The translations under genes were made by a program, and so were the position numbers. Below are positions 1 to 9,715 of a stretch of DNA of 64,000 nucleotides, piece after piece. The stretch comes from Mollicutes bacterium (lineage in GTDB: Bacteria > Bacillota_I > Bacilli_A > RF39 > UBA660): assembly GCA_012799635.1 (NCBI GenBank), contig JAAZKW010000023.1:27135-91134 (forward strand). The letters are read 5' to 3'. Position 1 is the first letter of the stretch. Each line of letters begins with the position of its first letter. The notes under the pieces were generated by a model. The model had not been told where the DNA came from and did not search any database. It was given only the letters and a program-made list of their open reading frames with translations.

Positions 1-589
1 ATGATTTTTTAGCGCCTGGAACATTACCACTAACTAAGATGTAATTTTCATCTTTATTAACCTCAACAATTTCAAGATTTTGAATTGTTACTGTTTCATC
101 TCCCATATGACCTGGAAGGTGTTTTCCTTTTTGTACCTTTGCTTGGTGAACATTACCAAGTGATCCGGGTACACGATGATGATGTGATCCATGAGTCATA
201 GGTCCTCTCGAATGTCCCCATCTCTTTACAACTCCCTGAAAACCTTTCCCTTTTGAGGTTCCGGTTACATCAACTATATCTCCCTTTGCAAATAAATCAG
301 CACTTACTACATCTCCAACATTATAAGAACCTTCAAAATTTCTTATTTCTTTTAAGAAGCGCTTAGGTGTTGTATTTGCTTTTTTGCTATTGCCGATTTC
401 GGCTCTTGTTGCATTTTTTTCTTTCTTTTCGAACACGCCAAGTTGAATTGCATTATAACCATCTTTATCAACAGTTTTAACTTGCATTACCACGTTTGGT
501 TCAACTTCAATTACTGTAACAGGTATAAGCTTACCATTTTTGGTAAAAACTTGAGTCATTCCAACTTTACGTCCTAAGATTCCTTTCAT
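1..589 (-). CDS. rplC: 50S ribosomal protein L3, C-terminus cut by the window edge
   Basis: Minus-strand translation from ATG (plus cat 587..589) reads [29 protein letters not shown]...[31 protein letters not shown], typical L3. It lies directly downstream of rpsJ, as in S10 operons. Confidence 0.9.
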   Translation of the reverse strand, partial: MKGILGRKVGMTQVFTKNGKLIPVTVIEVEPNVVMQVKTVDKDGYNAIQLGVFEKKEKNATRAEIGNSKKANTTPKRFLKEIRNFEGSYNVGDVVSADLFAKGDIVDVTGTSKGKGFQGVVKRWGHSRGPMTHGSHHHRVPGSLGNVHQAKVQKGKHLPGHMGDETVTIQNLEIVEVNKDENYILVSGNVPGAKKS

Positions 590-608
590 TATTTTCCTTC
601 TTTCTTAA

Positions 609-917
609 TTATAATTTAATATTGATATCTACACCACTTGGTAAATCTAAATGAGTTAGTGCATCAACCGTTTCTTTGCTTGGATTTTTAATATCAATCA
701 ATCTCTTGTGAGTTCTTTTTTCAAATTGCTCACGAGCATCCTTATATTTATGTACAGCTCTTAACACAGTGATTTTTTCAATCTCCGTAGGTAGAGGTAC
801 AGGGCCCGATATTTCTCCTCCAGTTCTTTTTACTGTTTCGCATATTTTTCCGGCAGCAACATCAAGTACTCTATGATCATAAGCCTTCAAAATAATACGA
901 ACTTGTTTTTCTGACAT
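609..917 (-). CDS. rpsJ: 30S ribosomal protein S10
   Basis: 102 aa. [14 protein letters not shown]...ISGPVPLPT...[26 protein letters not shown] matches the S10 family. First gene of the S10 operon. Confidence 0.95.
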   Translation of the reverse strand: MSEKQVRIILKAYDHRVLDVAAGKICETVKRTGGEISGPVPLPTEIEKITVLRAVHKYKDAREQFEKRTHKRLIDIKNPSKETVDALTHLDLPSGVDINIKL

Positions 918-1085
918 CTCACACGTCTCCTTTCGTCTATATCTAGTATAGACTTGCTCCGCACAAATTCCCTAATACATTACCATTTACCAACTACGCC
1001 TGGCGTATCAGCAACCTTGCACATCATCGCAGTCATACGCATCTAATAATAACACATAATAACTATATAATGCAATACCTTTTTA
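918..1085 (-). promoter_or_regulatory. Putative structured 5' leader and promoter of the S10 ribosomal-protein operon
   Basis: About 170 nt with no ORF, visibly more GC-rich than its surroundings. The minus strand contains stems such as GCGTAT...ATACGC and CCAGGCGTAGTTGG. RBS AAAGGAGA sits before the rpsJ ATG. Confidence 0.35.
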
Positions 1086-1102
1086 AATATAAATAAAAAA
1101 TA

Positions 1103-2602
1103 TTACTCTTTTTTTATTAATAATGACTCGGATTCCATTTGTATTGGGATAGATATATCCATATAATCCAAAAGGGTTGGAGCAACATTGCTTAGGTTTC
1201 CGCCTTCTTTTAATTTAATATTTTGGTCATTTATAATGAAGGGTACTCTTTCTAAACTATGTGTAGTACAAATGCTTCCGTCCTCATTTAACATAGTATC
1301 TGCATTACCATGATCAGATATAAGCACTATTCTATAAAAGTTTTTTTCTGCTGCTTCGATTAGCTCTCCTAGACAAACATCTAGAGTCATACAGGCTTTT
1401 ACTGTAGCATCAAATGACCCCGTATGCCCAACCATATCAGGATTAGCATAATTTGCAAATATAAAATCGTAGCCTTCTTCCATACAATCAATTATTTTTT
1501 TCGTAACTTCTAAAGCACTCATCTCTGGTTTTAAATCATATGTTGGAACCGATGGTGATGGAATGTGAAATTTATCACAATTGTCAATTTTTCCATCATA
1601 ACCACCGTCAAAAAAATATGTAACATGAGGATATTTCTCACTTTCCGCTATCCGTGCTTGTTTTATTCCCAATTCAGAAAAATAAATGCCAAGTGATTTA
1701 TCAAGTGGTTTATTTGGAATAAACACTTCTGTTTTAATGTTTTTATCTATTTCAAAAAAAGAATATATATTAAGATTATTATATTTATTGCGATTAAAAA
1801 TATTAAATTTTGGATTTGCAAGCGCTCCTAAAATTTGAATCGCTCTATCTTTACGATAGTTTAACCAAATCAAAATATCACCATCCGCTATTAAACCATT
1901 TTCATCTAACAACACTGGTTTAATAAACTCATCTGTTATATTATTCATATAAGAAAAGTCAATTGCCGATTTAACATCCTTTGCTTTATTACCATATCCT
2001 GAAGTAATTAAATCATAATAAAGTTTCGTTCTGTCAAAATTTTGGTCGCGATCCATAGCGTAATATCTCCCCGAAATAGTAGCAATATGACCTATATTAT
2101 TATTTTGTATTTCGCTTTGAATTTGTTTTATAAAATTATAAGATACATTGATTTTTGTATCTCTTCCATCAGTAATTAAATGAAAATAAATCTTTTTAAA
2201 ACCATTTTCAATTAAAAGATGATACATTTTAATAAACGATTCAAAATTAGAATGAACATTTCCGTCACTACAAAGCCCCATTATATGCGCTTTTTTATCT
2301 TTATCCTCAAGTAATTTAACAAAAGCCTCGTTCTCTTTTTTTTCAGAATCAAAAAAACCGTTTATGCTATCAACACTTGATTTTATTATTCTTCCAGCAC
2401 CTATTGTCATATGTCCCACTTCGCTAGTACCCATTTGCCCTGGCAAAAGACCAATTTGCTCTTCAGAAGCATATAATAACGTATGAGGATTTTCATTCAT
2501 AAATTTATTAAAATAATGCATATTAGCTTCTTTAATGGCGTTACCATATTCATTTTCTTTAATTCCGAAACCATCAAAAACAATTGTTAAAACTTTTTTC
2601 AT
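1103..2602 (-). CDS. gpmI: 2,3-bisphosphoglycerate-independent phosphoglycerate mutase
   Basis: 499 aa. Family motifs GTSEVGHMTIGAGR, SDGNVHS and DHGNAD. Confidence 0.9.
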   Translation of the reverse strand: MKKVLTIVFDGFGIKENEYGNAIKEANMHYFNKFMNENPHTLLYASEEQIGLLPGQMGTSEVGHMTIGAGRIIKSSVDSINGFFDSEKKENEAFVKLLEDKDKKAHIMGLCSDGNVHSNFESFIKMYHLLIENGFKKIYFHLITDGRDTKINVSYNFIKQIQSEIQNNNIGHIATISGRYYAMDRDQNFDRTKLYYDLITSGYGNKAKDVKSAIDFSYMNNITDEFIKPVLLDENGLIADGDILIWLNYRKDRAIQILGALANPKFNIFNRNKYNNLNIYSFFEIDKNIKTEVFIPNKPLDKSLGIYFSELGIKQARIAESEKYPHVTYFFDGGYDGKIDNCDKFHIPSPSVPTYDLKPEMSALEVTKKIIDCMEEGYDFIFANYANPDMVGHTGSFDATVKACMTLDVCLGELIEAAEKNFYRIVLISDHGNADTMLNEDGSICTTHSLERVPFIINDQNIKLKEGGNLSNVAPTLLDYMDISIPIQMESESLLIKKE

Positions 2603-2643
2603 AAATCACAAACTTTCTGTAAAGAATATAACATAAAGATATT

Positions 2644-2680
2644 AAAAAAACAATAAAAGCAACCGATTGGTAGCTTTTAT
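2644..2680 (-). terminator. Rho-independent terminator after spo0A
   Basis: 8-bp perfect stem ATAAAAGC/GCTTTTAT (2653..2680), followed on the minus strand by a T-run (plus A-run 2644..2650). Confidence 0.6.
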
Positions 2681-2690
2681 TTGACTATAA

Positions 2691-3434
2691 TTAAATATCT
2701 TGATCTAATTTAATTCTTTCTGCAATTGTCGATAGAAACTCAAAGTTAGTAGGTTTTGAATTTTCAAAATCTATGCTAAAACCAAATATTTCTTCCATTA
2801 ATTTTAAATTCCCACGAAAAGAGCTAACTTCAATTGCATGCCTAATACATCTTTCAATTCTTGAGGGTGTCGTAGCATGTCTGTTTGCTAACACAGGATA
2901 AACTTCTTTTGTTATATATTTAACTTTCTGTTTATACATTAAAATTATACCATCCTTAATATACTCGTAACCACTGATATGCGAGGGTATTCCCATATTA
3001 TGAAGAAGTTTACATATCTTCAAATCAATACTATTTGTTATTTTAAAGTCAACCTTTTCAAAAAAACATTTTTTTATTTTTCTTTCTAAAGTTAACAAAG
3101 AATATGGCTTAAGTAAATAACAATTAACATTATATCGACACAAGTTTTCAATAATGTTTCCTTCTTTATAACTAGATGTAATTATTGTTTTAATTTTAAT
3201 CCCTCGTCTTTTTAATTCATTCAGCAAAGATTCTCCATCTAATTTTGGTAAAAGAAGGTCCATTATTATTAAATCGACTTCATTAGAATGTTTAATAATA
3301 TATTCAAGTGCATCCTCTCCATTATCAAATGTTGATAATATTTTAATCCCATTCCCCTCTGAAAAGTGATTTATTAAGTTTTTCTTAATATTATTGTCAT
3401 CATCTACGATAACAACTTTTACAATTTTTTTCAT
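2691..3434 (-). CDS. spo0A: Sporulation master response regulator Spo0A
   Basis: N-terminal receiver domain (VVIVDDD, DLIIMDLLLPKLDG). The C-terminus matches the Spo0A effector domain: GIPSHISGYEYIKDGI...YPVLANRHATTPSRIERCIRHAIEV...SKPTNFEFLSTIAERI. Confidence 0.85.
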   Translation of the reverse strand: MKKIVKVVIVDDDNNIKKNLINHFSEGNGIKILSTFDNGEDALEYIIKHSNEVDLIIMDLLLPKLDGESLLNELKRRGIKIKTIITSSYKEGNIIENLCRYNVNCYLLKPYSLLTLERKIKKCFFEKVDFKITNSIDLKICKLLHNMGIPSHISGYEYIKDGIILMYKQKVKYITKEVYPVLANRHATTPSRIERCIRHAIEVSSFRGNLKLMEEIFGFSIDFENSKPTNFEFLSTIAERIKLDQDI

Positions 3435-3493
3435 TTTTTTCCTTTCTTAATAAACAACTACAATAACACTTTAATTTTAAGACAAAACAAAAG

Positions 3494-3523
3494 AAAAATC
3501 TACAGTATATTTTGTAGATTTTT
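3494..3523 (-). terminator. Hairpin terminator after pgk (bidirectional form)
   Basis: AAAAATCTACA (3494..3504) pairs perfectly with TGTAGATTTTT (3513..3523), with A/T runs on both sides. Confidence 0.6.
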
Positions 3524-3529
3524 GTCGAA
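3523..3529 (+). promoter_or_regulatory. Candidate 0A box (TGTCGAA) upstream of spo0A
   Basis: Exact match to the Spo0A-box consensus TGNCGAA, about 90 nt upstream of the spo0A start codon. A single 7-mer, so a chance match is possible in principle. Confidence 0.3.
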
Positions 3530-3535
3530 TTTAAT

Positions 3536-4675
3536 TTATTTTGCTTTTTTAGATAAAATATAGCTAATTGCTTCTAAGGATAATGAGCTTATATATTCTA
3601 ATGAAGCACCTCCTCCGGAGGACAGAAAGGTAAATGTATGACCGAGATTGAACTTATTAATAGCATTAATTGCATCTCCACCGCCAGCTATTTTGATAGC
3701 ATTGATGCTTGCTATGCCTTCTAAAAAGTTTTTGGTTCCTTTCGCATATTTTTCATCTTCAAATACCCCACAAGTCCCATTAATAAAGATAGTCTTACAT
3801 TTTCTCATATATCGCAAATATTTTGCAATTGATTTAATATTTAAATCTAGTATTTTTTGGTTATCAATTACAAAATCAATCGGCAACACTATTTTTTCTT
3901 TATACTTATTTAATAACACTTTAAGTTCTGAAAGGACTTCCTCACTCTCAGTCTTCAGACTATCTCCAACATCATAACCTGAAGCATATAAAAATGAATT
4001 AGCAATTCCACCACCAACCAAAAGATAATCACATCTGGTTAATAAATTTTTAATATATTTAAGTTTATCATCAACCTTGGCTCCACCCATAAATATTCCA
4101 AATGGATGACTTATGTTCTTAGTAACAAGCGATAAGTTATCAAGTTCTTCTTTAACAAGAAAACCAAAATAAGTGGGTAAAAAATCGCTAATTCCTGTTA
4201 CTGATGCATGGGTTCTATGTAAAGAGCCAAAAGCATCCACTACAAACACATCTCCAAACTTACTCCAATATCTTGATAATTCAATGTCATTTTTACTTTC
4301 TAATTCTGTAGGAAAATCACAGTACCGTGTATTTTCTATTAATAAAAGTTCACCTTTCTTTAATTTTTTAACTTTAGCTAATGTTTTCATCCCAACTGGC
4401 GATGATGCAAATTGAATGTTTTTATTAAGAAGTTCTTCAAGTAAAGTTATAACGGGTTTTAATGTATACTTTTCTTTGTCTTCTTTATTTTTTATTCTTC
4501 CTAAGTGACTCATTAATACTACTGAATTATTATTATCAAGCAAATATTTTATTGTCTTAACACTATTTTTTATTTTAGTATTGTCCATAACTTTTTCATT
4601 TTCAATTGGAACATTAAAATCACATCTTAATATAACTCTTTTATTTGAAATATCTACATCACTAATAAATAACAT
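3536..4675 (-). CDS. pgk: Phosphoglycerate kinase
   Basis: 379 aa. DFNVP, SHLGR and GGGD/GGGASLE motifs. Adjacent to gap. Confidence 0.9.
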   Translation of the reverse strand: MLFISDVDISNKRVILRCDFNVPIENEKVMDNTKIKNSVKTIKYLLDNNNSVVLMSHLGRIKNKEDKEKYTLKPVITLLEELLNKNIQFASSPVGMKTLAKVKKLKKGELLLIENTRYCDFPTELESKNDIELSRYWSKFGDVFVVDAFGSLHRTHASVTGISDFLPTYFGFLVKEELDNLSLVTKNISHPFGIFMGGAKVDDKLKYIKNLLTRCDYLLVGGGIANSFLYASGYDVGDSLKTESEEVLSELKVLLNKYKEKIVLPIDFVIDNQKILDLNIKSIAKYLRYMRKCKTIFINGTCGVFEDEKYAKGTKNFLEGIASINAIKIAGGGDAINAINKFNLGHTFTFLSSGGGASLEYISSLSLEAISYILSKKAK

Positions 4676-4692
4676 AAAAACTCCTATTAAAT

Positions 4693-5700
4693 TTATTTAA
4701 ACATCTCTTTTGCCGTCCTAAGCATTTGTGCTGTATAGCCATATTCATTATCATACCAAGCTACTATTTTTACTAATTGATTTCCATCATCTTCTATAAC
4801 GGAAGTAGAAAGCCCATCAACTAAGCTACCAGCTTTATTACCAATAATGTCACTTGATACAATAGGATCATTGATATATTTAATAACCTCGTTTTGATTG
4901 CTTTTAAAAACTTCATTAATTTCATCTACGGAAACTTTTCTTTCAAGCTCTAAGACTGTGTCAACAATTGAACCATCCGAAACAGGAACTCTAAAAGCCA
5001 TACCATCCATTCTCCCTTTTAATGCCGGAATAACAAGACCGATAGATTTTGCCGCCCCCGTTGATGCTGGGACAATATTATCTGCACAAGCCCTTCCTCT
5101 TCTTGAAGCCACTCCTTTACTATGAATATTATCTAAATTATTTTGATCTGTTGTATAAGCATGAATTGTTGTCATATAACCCTTTTTAATACCATAATTA
5201 TCATTAATAATTTTTAAAATAGGTGCAAGACAATTTGTTGTACAACTTGATGCACTTACTATTTTCATATCATTAGTTAAGATTTGATTGTTTACGCCAT
5301 ATACTATTGTTGGCATCTCGTCTTTACCAGGCGATGAAATTAACACTTTCTTTGCTCCCGCAGTTATATGCTTCGTTGCTCCTTCTATAGATGTAAAGGC
5401 ACCCGTACATTCCAATACCAAATCAACCCCTAAGTCTTTCCATGGCAACTTTTCCGGTTCCTTTTCATTAAAAACGGGAATATACTTTTTTTCACATATA
5501 ATTATATTTTTTTCATCGAATGATATTTTATCCTCATGAAAAGAGCCATGAACAGTATCATATTTTGTGTGATAAGCAAAGTCTTCTGGAGAGCCTGATG
5601 CAGAATTAACAGCTACAACATCAAAATCACTAGAAGTAAGCATTTGCCTAAATGCAAGTCTCCCTATTCTCCCAAAACCATTAATTGCTACTTTAATCAT
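4693..5700 (-). CDS. gap: Glyceraldehyde-3-phosphate dehydrogenase
   Basis: MIKVAINGFGRIGR, SCTTNCLAP, WYDNEYGY. I place the start at the ATG at 5698..5700 (RBS GGAGGTGC at 5706..5713), not the track start at 5715. Confidence 0.92.
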   Translation of the reverse strand: MIKVAINGFGRIGRLAFRQMLTSSDFDVVAVNSASGSPEDFAYHTKYDTVHGSFHEDKISFDEKNIIICEKKYIPVFNEKEPEKLPWKDLGVDLVLECTGAFTSIEGATKHITAGAKKVLISSPGKDEMPTIVYGVNNQILTNDMKIVSASSCTTNCLAPILKIINDNYGIKKGYMTTIHAYTTDQNNLDNIHSKGVASRRGRACADNIVPASTGAAKSIGLVIPALKGRMDGMAFRVPVSDGSIVDTVLELERKVSVDEINEVFKSNQNEVIKYINDPIVSSDIIGNKAGSLVDGLSTSVIEDDGNQLVKIVAWYDNEYGYTAQMLRTAKEMFK

Positions 5701-7360
5701 CAATAGCACCTCCAATAAATTCTCTTAATATTGAGTCATTTGGTATATACTCACTATTTATTGCAAAAAATTGTTTTAAAAAACTTAATAATTTTCTTGA
5801 CTCACTATAATATTTTGAATCTGACGGTACAGAATATAATAAAGGTTCAACAAACACTTTTAATACTCCTACTTCATAAGGCAAAGATGTATTAATTATT
5901 TTGTTTGCTTGATGAATATAAGGAATAATATGTTTTTCCTCTCCATTTCTTACTTTTGTCCAATATTTTATTGTCTCATTAACGGTATATCCCCTAGTTC
6001 TGAAATCTCTTACTATTCTTCTTATTAATCTTAAATCATTTAAAGAAATATAATTGTGTTGATCTAAACATAATGGAATATATGGACTCACATATATTTT
6101 ATATTTAATTAAATCGGATATCATTGGTAAAGCTTCATCATTAAGTGCATGCAATCCCTCAAATAAAACAATACTGTTTTCCTTTAATTGTATTTTTTTA
6201 CCCGATATTTCTTTCGAACCTGTGACAAAGTTAAATTTAGGAACACTAATTTGTTTTCCATTAAATAATTTAACCATTTCATTAGTTAATAATTCTAAAT
6301 CTATTGCTTGTAAACATTCAAAATCATATTCGCCATTTTCATCTTTAGGATTATCTTTTCTTTCATGAAAATAATCATCTAAAGATATAACTATAGGATC
6401 AAGCCCATAAATAGCAAAGTAATTAGCAAGCCTTTTTGTAACTGTAGTTTTTCCACTAGAAGTAGGACCTGCTATCATTACACATTTTATATTGCCTCTT
6501 TTAGCAATTTCCTTAGCAGTTTCATTTATTTCTAAGTTAAAATTTAATTCACAAGATTTGATAAAATTATTTATTTTTCCTTTTGTAATTTCTCTATTTA
6601 CGTCATTAATATAAGGAATGTTCATAGTATCAAGCCATGCTTTTCCGTTTTTATATGATTCAATTACAGCATCATATCCGACATATTCTTTTGTTACTCC
6701 GTTATCCGTCTCTGTTGGCCATGATAAAACAAAATTATTTTTACCTAAATAATGAATTTCAAATTTGCTCAACACTTCCGTAGAATAAGGCATCTCAGAA
6801 TAATAATAATTTACTATATCATCAAGACGATATAAAACTATTGTGGGGTCAGTAATATTTCTTATATTATCTGCTTTAACTTTGTTCTTAAGTTGTTTAT
6901 CATAATAATCTATCCCATCATTATTAGCAACAATCAATTTCTCAATAACATGATTATCAGATACTATTTTACTCATTACTTTGTTAATTTCAGCAACATC
7001 TGTTTTGGTTAAATATTTTTCATAATCAATTTCTGCAACCATTCCGCGAGGAAGACTGTATAAATACCTTACTGTTGCTTTAGGAAATAATCGTTTAAAC
7101 GCATATTCAAAAATCATTTTTAAACCAGCAAGATATATTTTATTACCTGTCTTACTATTAATATCCAAAAATTCTATAGTACAATCGTCCTCTATTCTTT
7201 CATGCAAAGAAACTATCTTATTATTAACAAGAGCTCCCACTATTTGACTTTTAGATTTGTATGCTTTACTTATCTTATAAAAAGGTGTTCCATGTGGAAA
7301 TTTAATAACTTCACCATTTTTAAACGTAATTGTACAATCTTTTAACACACTTTCTTTCAT
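5693..7360 (-). CDS. TGS-like N-terminal domain fused to a uridine-kinase-family P-loop NTPase
   Basis: 555 aa. Walker A IAGPTSSGKTT in the C-terminal half with udk-like context (ISLDDYF). The N-terminal half resembles the TGS/ThrRS-associated domains of this fusion family. Confidence 0.55.
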   Translation of the reverse strand: MKESVLKDCTITFKNGEVIKFPHGTPFYKISKAYKSKSQIVGALVNNKIVSLHERIEDDCTIEFLDINSKTGNKIYLAGLKMIFEYAFKRLFPKATVRYLYSLPRGMVAEIDYEKYLTKTDVAEINKVMSKIVSDNHVIEKLIVANNDGIDYYDKQLKNKVKADNIRNITDPTIVLYRLDDIVNYYYSEMPYSTEVLSKFEIHYLGKNNFVLSWPTETDNGVTKEYVGYDAVIESYKNGKAWLDTMNIPYINDVNREITKGKINNFIKSCELNFNLEINETAKEIAKRGNIKCVMIAGPTSSGKTTVTKRLANYFAIYGLDPIVISLDDYFHERKDNPKDENGEYDFECLQAIDLELLTNEMVKLFNGKQISVPKFNFVTGSKEISGKKIQLKENSIVLFEGLHALNDEALPMISDLIKYKIYVSPYIPLCLDQHNYISLNDLRLIRRIVRDFRTRGYTVNETIKYWTKVRNGEEKHIIPYIHQANKIINTSLPYEVGVLKVFVEPLLYSVPSDSKYYSESRKLLSFLKQFFAINSEYIPNDSILREFIGGAIDD

Positions 7361-7481
7361 ATCAATGCCCCTTTTAATTATATTTTTATTATATCACAAA
7401 TCTTTAAAATATATACCTATACTTTAAATTACAACTTTTATTTGACATTTTATTATAATCTAATTAATTTGTTCAAAATAA

Positions 7482-7504
7482 AATCTACACGTATTATGTA
7501 GATT
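7482..7504 (-). terminator. Hairpin terminator after divIC
   Basis: AATCTACA (7482..7489) pairs with TGTAGATT (7497..7504) around a 7-nt loop. T-rich tail on the minus strand. Confidence 0.45.
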
Positions 7505-7523
7505 CTTTATCAAAAATTTAATT

Positions 7524-7811
7524 TTATTCAACTCTAATAATAATTTCATTATCAGATGAATATAAATATTTTTCTTTAGCATATCTAGCTAAATATTCTG
7601 GATCCTCCATCTTTGCGATTTCAGTTTTTAAACTTTTATTTTCCTTTTGAAGTTTAATATATTCCGAGTTTAATACACTGACCTTTTTTCTATTATTCAT
7701 AATCGTATGAAAATTTCCATAATTTGAATAGCACATAAAAGAAAGCAATAATATCATTATTACTGAGATGGCAATTAATCTTTTTCTTTCCTTTCTAGTC
7801 TTTCTTTTCAT
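7524..7811 (-). CDS. divIC: Septum formation initiator (FtsB/DivIC family)
   Basis: 95 aa. Basic N-terminus, one TM segment, a coiled coil, and EDPEYLARYAKEKYLY typical of DivIC/FtsB. Confidence 0.7.
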   Translation of the reverse strand: MKRKTRKERKRLIAISVIMILLLSFMCYSNYGNFHTIMNNRKKVSVLNSEYIKLQKENKSLKTEIAKMEDPEYLARYAKEKYLYSSDNEIIIRVE

Positions 7812-8007
7812 ATCCCACCAATTATTTACATCTTAAGTATATTTTTTAAAAAAGTCAATAGTTTATCTTTAATTTACAGCTTTTTACATTCTTTTTACAT
7901 AAAATTAATAATTATATCTACCATCAAAAAACCTTGCTTATTTAAAAGCTAGGTTATTAAAGTTTAATTTACTTTTCTCTTAATATTTTACAATAAATTT
8001 GATTAAA

Positions 8008-8313
8008 CTATTCTTCTTCAGTTTCTTCTTCGATTTCTTCTTCTTCTTTTTCAACTACTGTAGGGTTTTCATATTCTTTAAGAATCTCTTTTGTAAAATA
8101 ATCTCTTGTTTCTTGATTAATTGGATGAGCTATATCTTCATACTCACCATCTGCTCTTCTGCGACTTGGCATAGCAATAAACATTTCATCGTCGCCTTCA
8201 ATAATACGAATATTATTAACTACAAAACAATCATCTAATCTTACGCTGGCATATCCTCTTAAGCGTGAACCTTCCCTTTCGATTTTTTTAACATCGACAT
8301 GTGTAATTTCCAT
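8008..8313 (-). CDS. spoVG: Septation/regulatory protein SpoVG
   Basis: MEITHVDVKKIEREGSRLRGYASVRLDDCFVVNNIRIIEG...FIAMPSRR matches SpoVG. Start set at ATG 8311..8313 with RBS AAGGAGTGG. Acidic C-terminal tail. Confidence 0.88.
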   Translation of the reverse strand: MEITHVDVKKIEREGSRLRGYASVRLDDCFVVNNIRIIEGDDEMFIAMPSRRRADGEYEDIAHPINQETRDYFTKEILKEYENPTVVEKEEEEIEEETEEE

Positions 8314-8369
8314 ACTACCACTCCTTCTTGCTATCCACAATTATATTTTAACTTATTTATTTGTTATTT

Positions 8370-9173
8370 TCAAGAAATATCTGCTTTTTTCTTTAATAAT
8401 AAATAAATTTTAATAAACATCTCCTCATTTAAGCTTTCTGCTCTAACCATATCATTAAAACCATTTTCATTAAGCACTCCTTTAATAATACTAAATTTAC
8501 GATTGCCTATATTGTTTTTTAATGTTTTTCTTTTATGAATAAAACATTCTTTTACAAATTCAAAAAACTCTTGTTCATTATCAATCGCTTTTACTTCTTT
8601 TCTAATAAAGGAAATTACTTGACTATCTACTTTTGGCTTTGGTGAAAAATTTTTTTTCGAAACAAATAATTCTTTTTTGATATCAAAATAATGATTCAAA
8701 TAAACCGTTATATACCCATATTTCTTCGTATTAGGAGTCGCAGAAAATCTTTCAGCCACCTCCTTTTGAACCATAAACACCATTTTAATTGGATTAACTT
8801 TACTTTTTATAATATGTTCAATAATTGGAGTCGTTATATAATATGGTAAATTTCCTACTATATAAAGATCATTATATTTATAATCCTTTAATAAAGATTG
8901 AATATCGGTTTTTAATATATCATTATAAATAATTTTACAATTATCATCTTCAAGTAACGATAAATGTTCTTTTAAATTTTTATCTATTTCTATACCAACA
9001 ATTCTTGTATTATGTTTTTTTAATTTTTTTGTTAATATTCCTTTTCCTGGACCAATCTCAATAATTAAGTCTTTTTTAGTTGGAGATAATAAAAAAACTA
9101 TACTATCACATATAGTCTTATTATTTAAAAAATTTTGACCTAAGCTTTTTTTAGCCTTCATTATCCCATCCAA
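8370..9173 (-). CDS. rsmA: 16S rRNA (adenine1518/1519-N6)-dimethyltransferase
   Basis: KKSLGQNFL, EIGPGKGILT, VGNLPYYITTPI. An alternative start at 9161 (MKAKK) is possible. Confidence 0.9.
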   Translation of the reverse strand: MDGIMKAKKSLGQNFLNNKTICDSIVFLLSPTKKDLIIEIGPGKGILTKKLKKHNTRIVGIEIDKNLKEHLSLLEDDNCKIIYNDILKTDIQSLLKDYKYNDLYIVGNLPYYITTPIIEHIIKSKVNPIKMVFMVQKEVAERFSATPNTKKYGYITVYLNHYFDIKKELFVSKKNFSPKPKVDSQVISFIRKEVKAIDNEQEFFEFVKECFIHKRKTLKNNIGNRKFSIIKGVLNENGFNDMVRAESLNEEMFIKIYLLLKKKADIS

Positions 9174-9696
9174 ATCTTAATATATCGTATGAAATTGTAC
9201 TTCTTCCAAGAGCAATAGCATATTGTACATCTTCAGATAATAAATCAATGGCATTACCATTTACACCTCTGTCAAGAACTATTGCTATAATCGGCTCGTT
9301 GGCTATTCTTGCAGAATTAAACCTAATAATCGTTCCACACGGTAAATTAGTGCTTGAGGCAACAATTCTAACATCACCATAAACACTGTCTTTATACGTT
9401 GTTTTACCATCAGATAAATCTAATTTCCACATACAAGCAAGTCTTCCCGTACATAATGGACAATTGTATACATATCCTGTTAAATCTCCAATTAAAGTGT
9501 CTTTCGCCCCATATAATCTATTATAATCGAATTGATATACCTTTTTTGACATCGTATCTAAATTAACTATTTTCGTTAAATTATTGTTGTTTGCATTAAA
9601 TGAAAAAATCCTACTATTAGATGTACCAATAATAACTACACTTATTATTATTATAAACTTAATATAGTTAAGTGTTTTTTTCATTGAAAGCCTCAC
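9151..9696 (-). CDS. Secreted/membrane-anchored 3D (RlpA/YabE-like) domain protein
   Basis: N-terminal TM or signal segment. The C-terminus LPCGTIIRF...IAIVLDRGVNGNAIDLL resembles 3D/DPBB domains. It occupies the yabE position between tatD and rsmA, as in B. subtilis. Confidence 0.5.
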   Translation of the reverse strand: MRLSMKKTLNYIKFIIIISVVIIGTSNSRIFSFNANNNNLTKIVNLDTMSKKVYQFDYNRLYGAKDTLIGDLTGYVYNCPLCTGRLACMWKLDLSDGKTTYKDSVYGDVRIVASSTNLPCGTIIRFNSARIANEPIIAIVLDRGVNGNAIDLLSEDVQYAIALGRSTISYDILRFGWDNEG

Positions 9697-9715
9697 TATT
9701 TCTATATAAAGTATA

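Noticed and set aside
3648-4415. Plus-strand ORFs 3648..3977 and 4173..4415 inside pgk. Similar antisense ORFs: 4898..5125 and 5288..5539 (gap); 10684..11104 (metG); 13884..14491 (mfd); 19072..20655 (dnaX/ybaB); 21569..23497 (gyrA); 24610..25458 (gyrB); 25823..26005 (recF); 29650..29874 (dnaA)
   Set aside because: All lie antisense to genes with strong family motifs. They have low-complexity Ser/Phe/Leu-rich translations and no RBS. These are typical shadow ORFs.
7999-8238. Plus-strand 79-aa ORF with poly-Phe sequence
   Set aside because: It is antisense to spoVG and its acidic tail. The poly-F run is simply the complement of GAA/GAG repeats.
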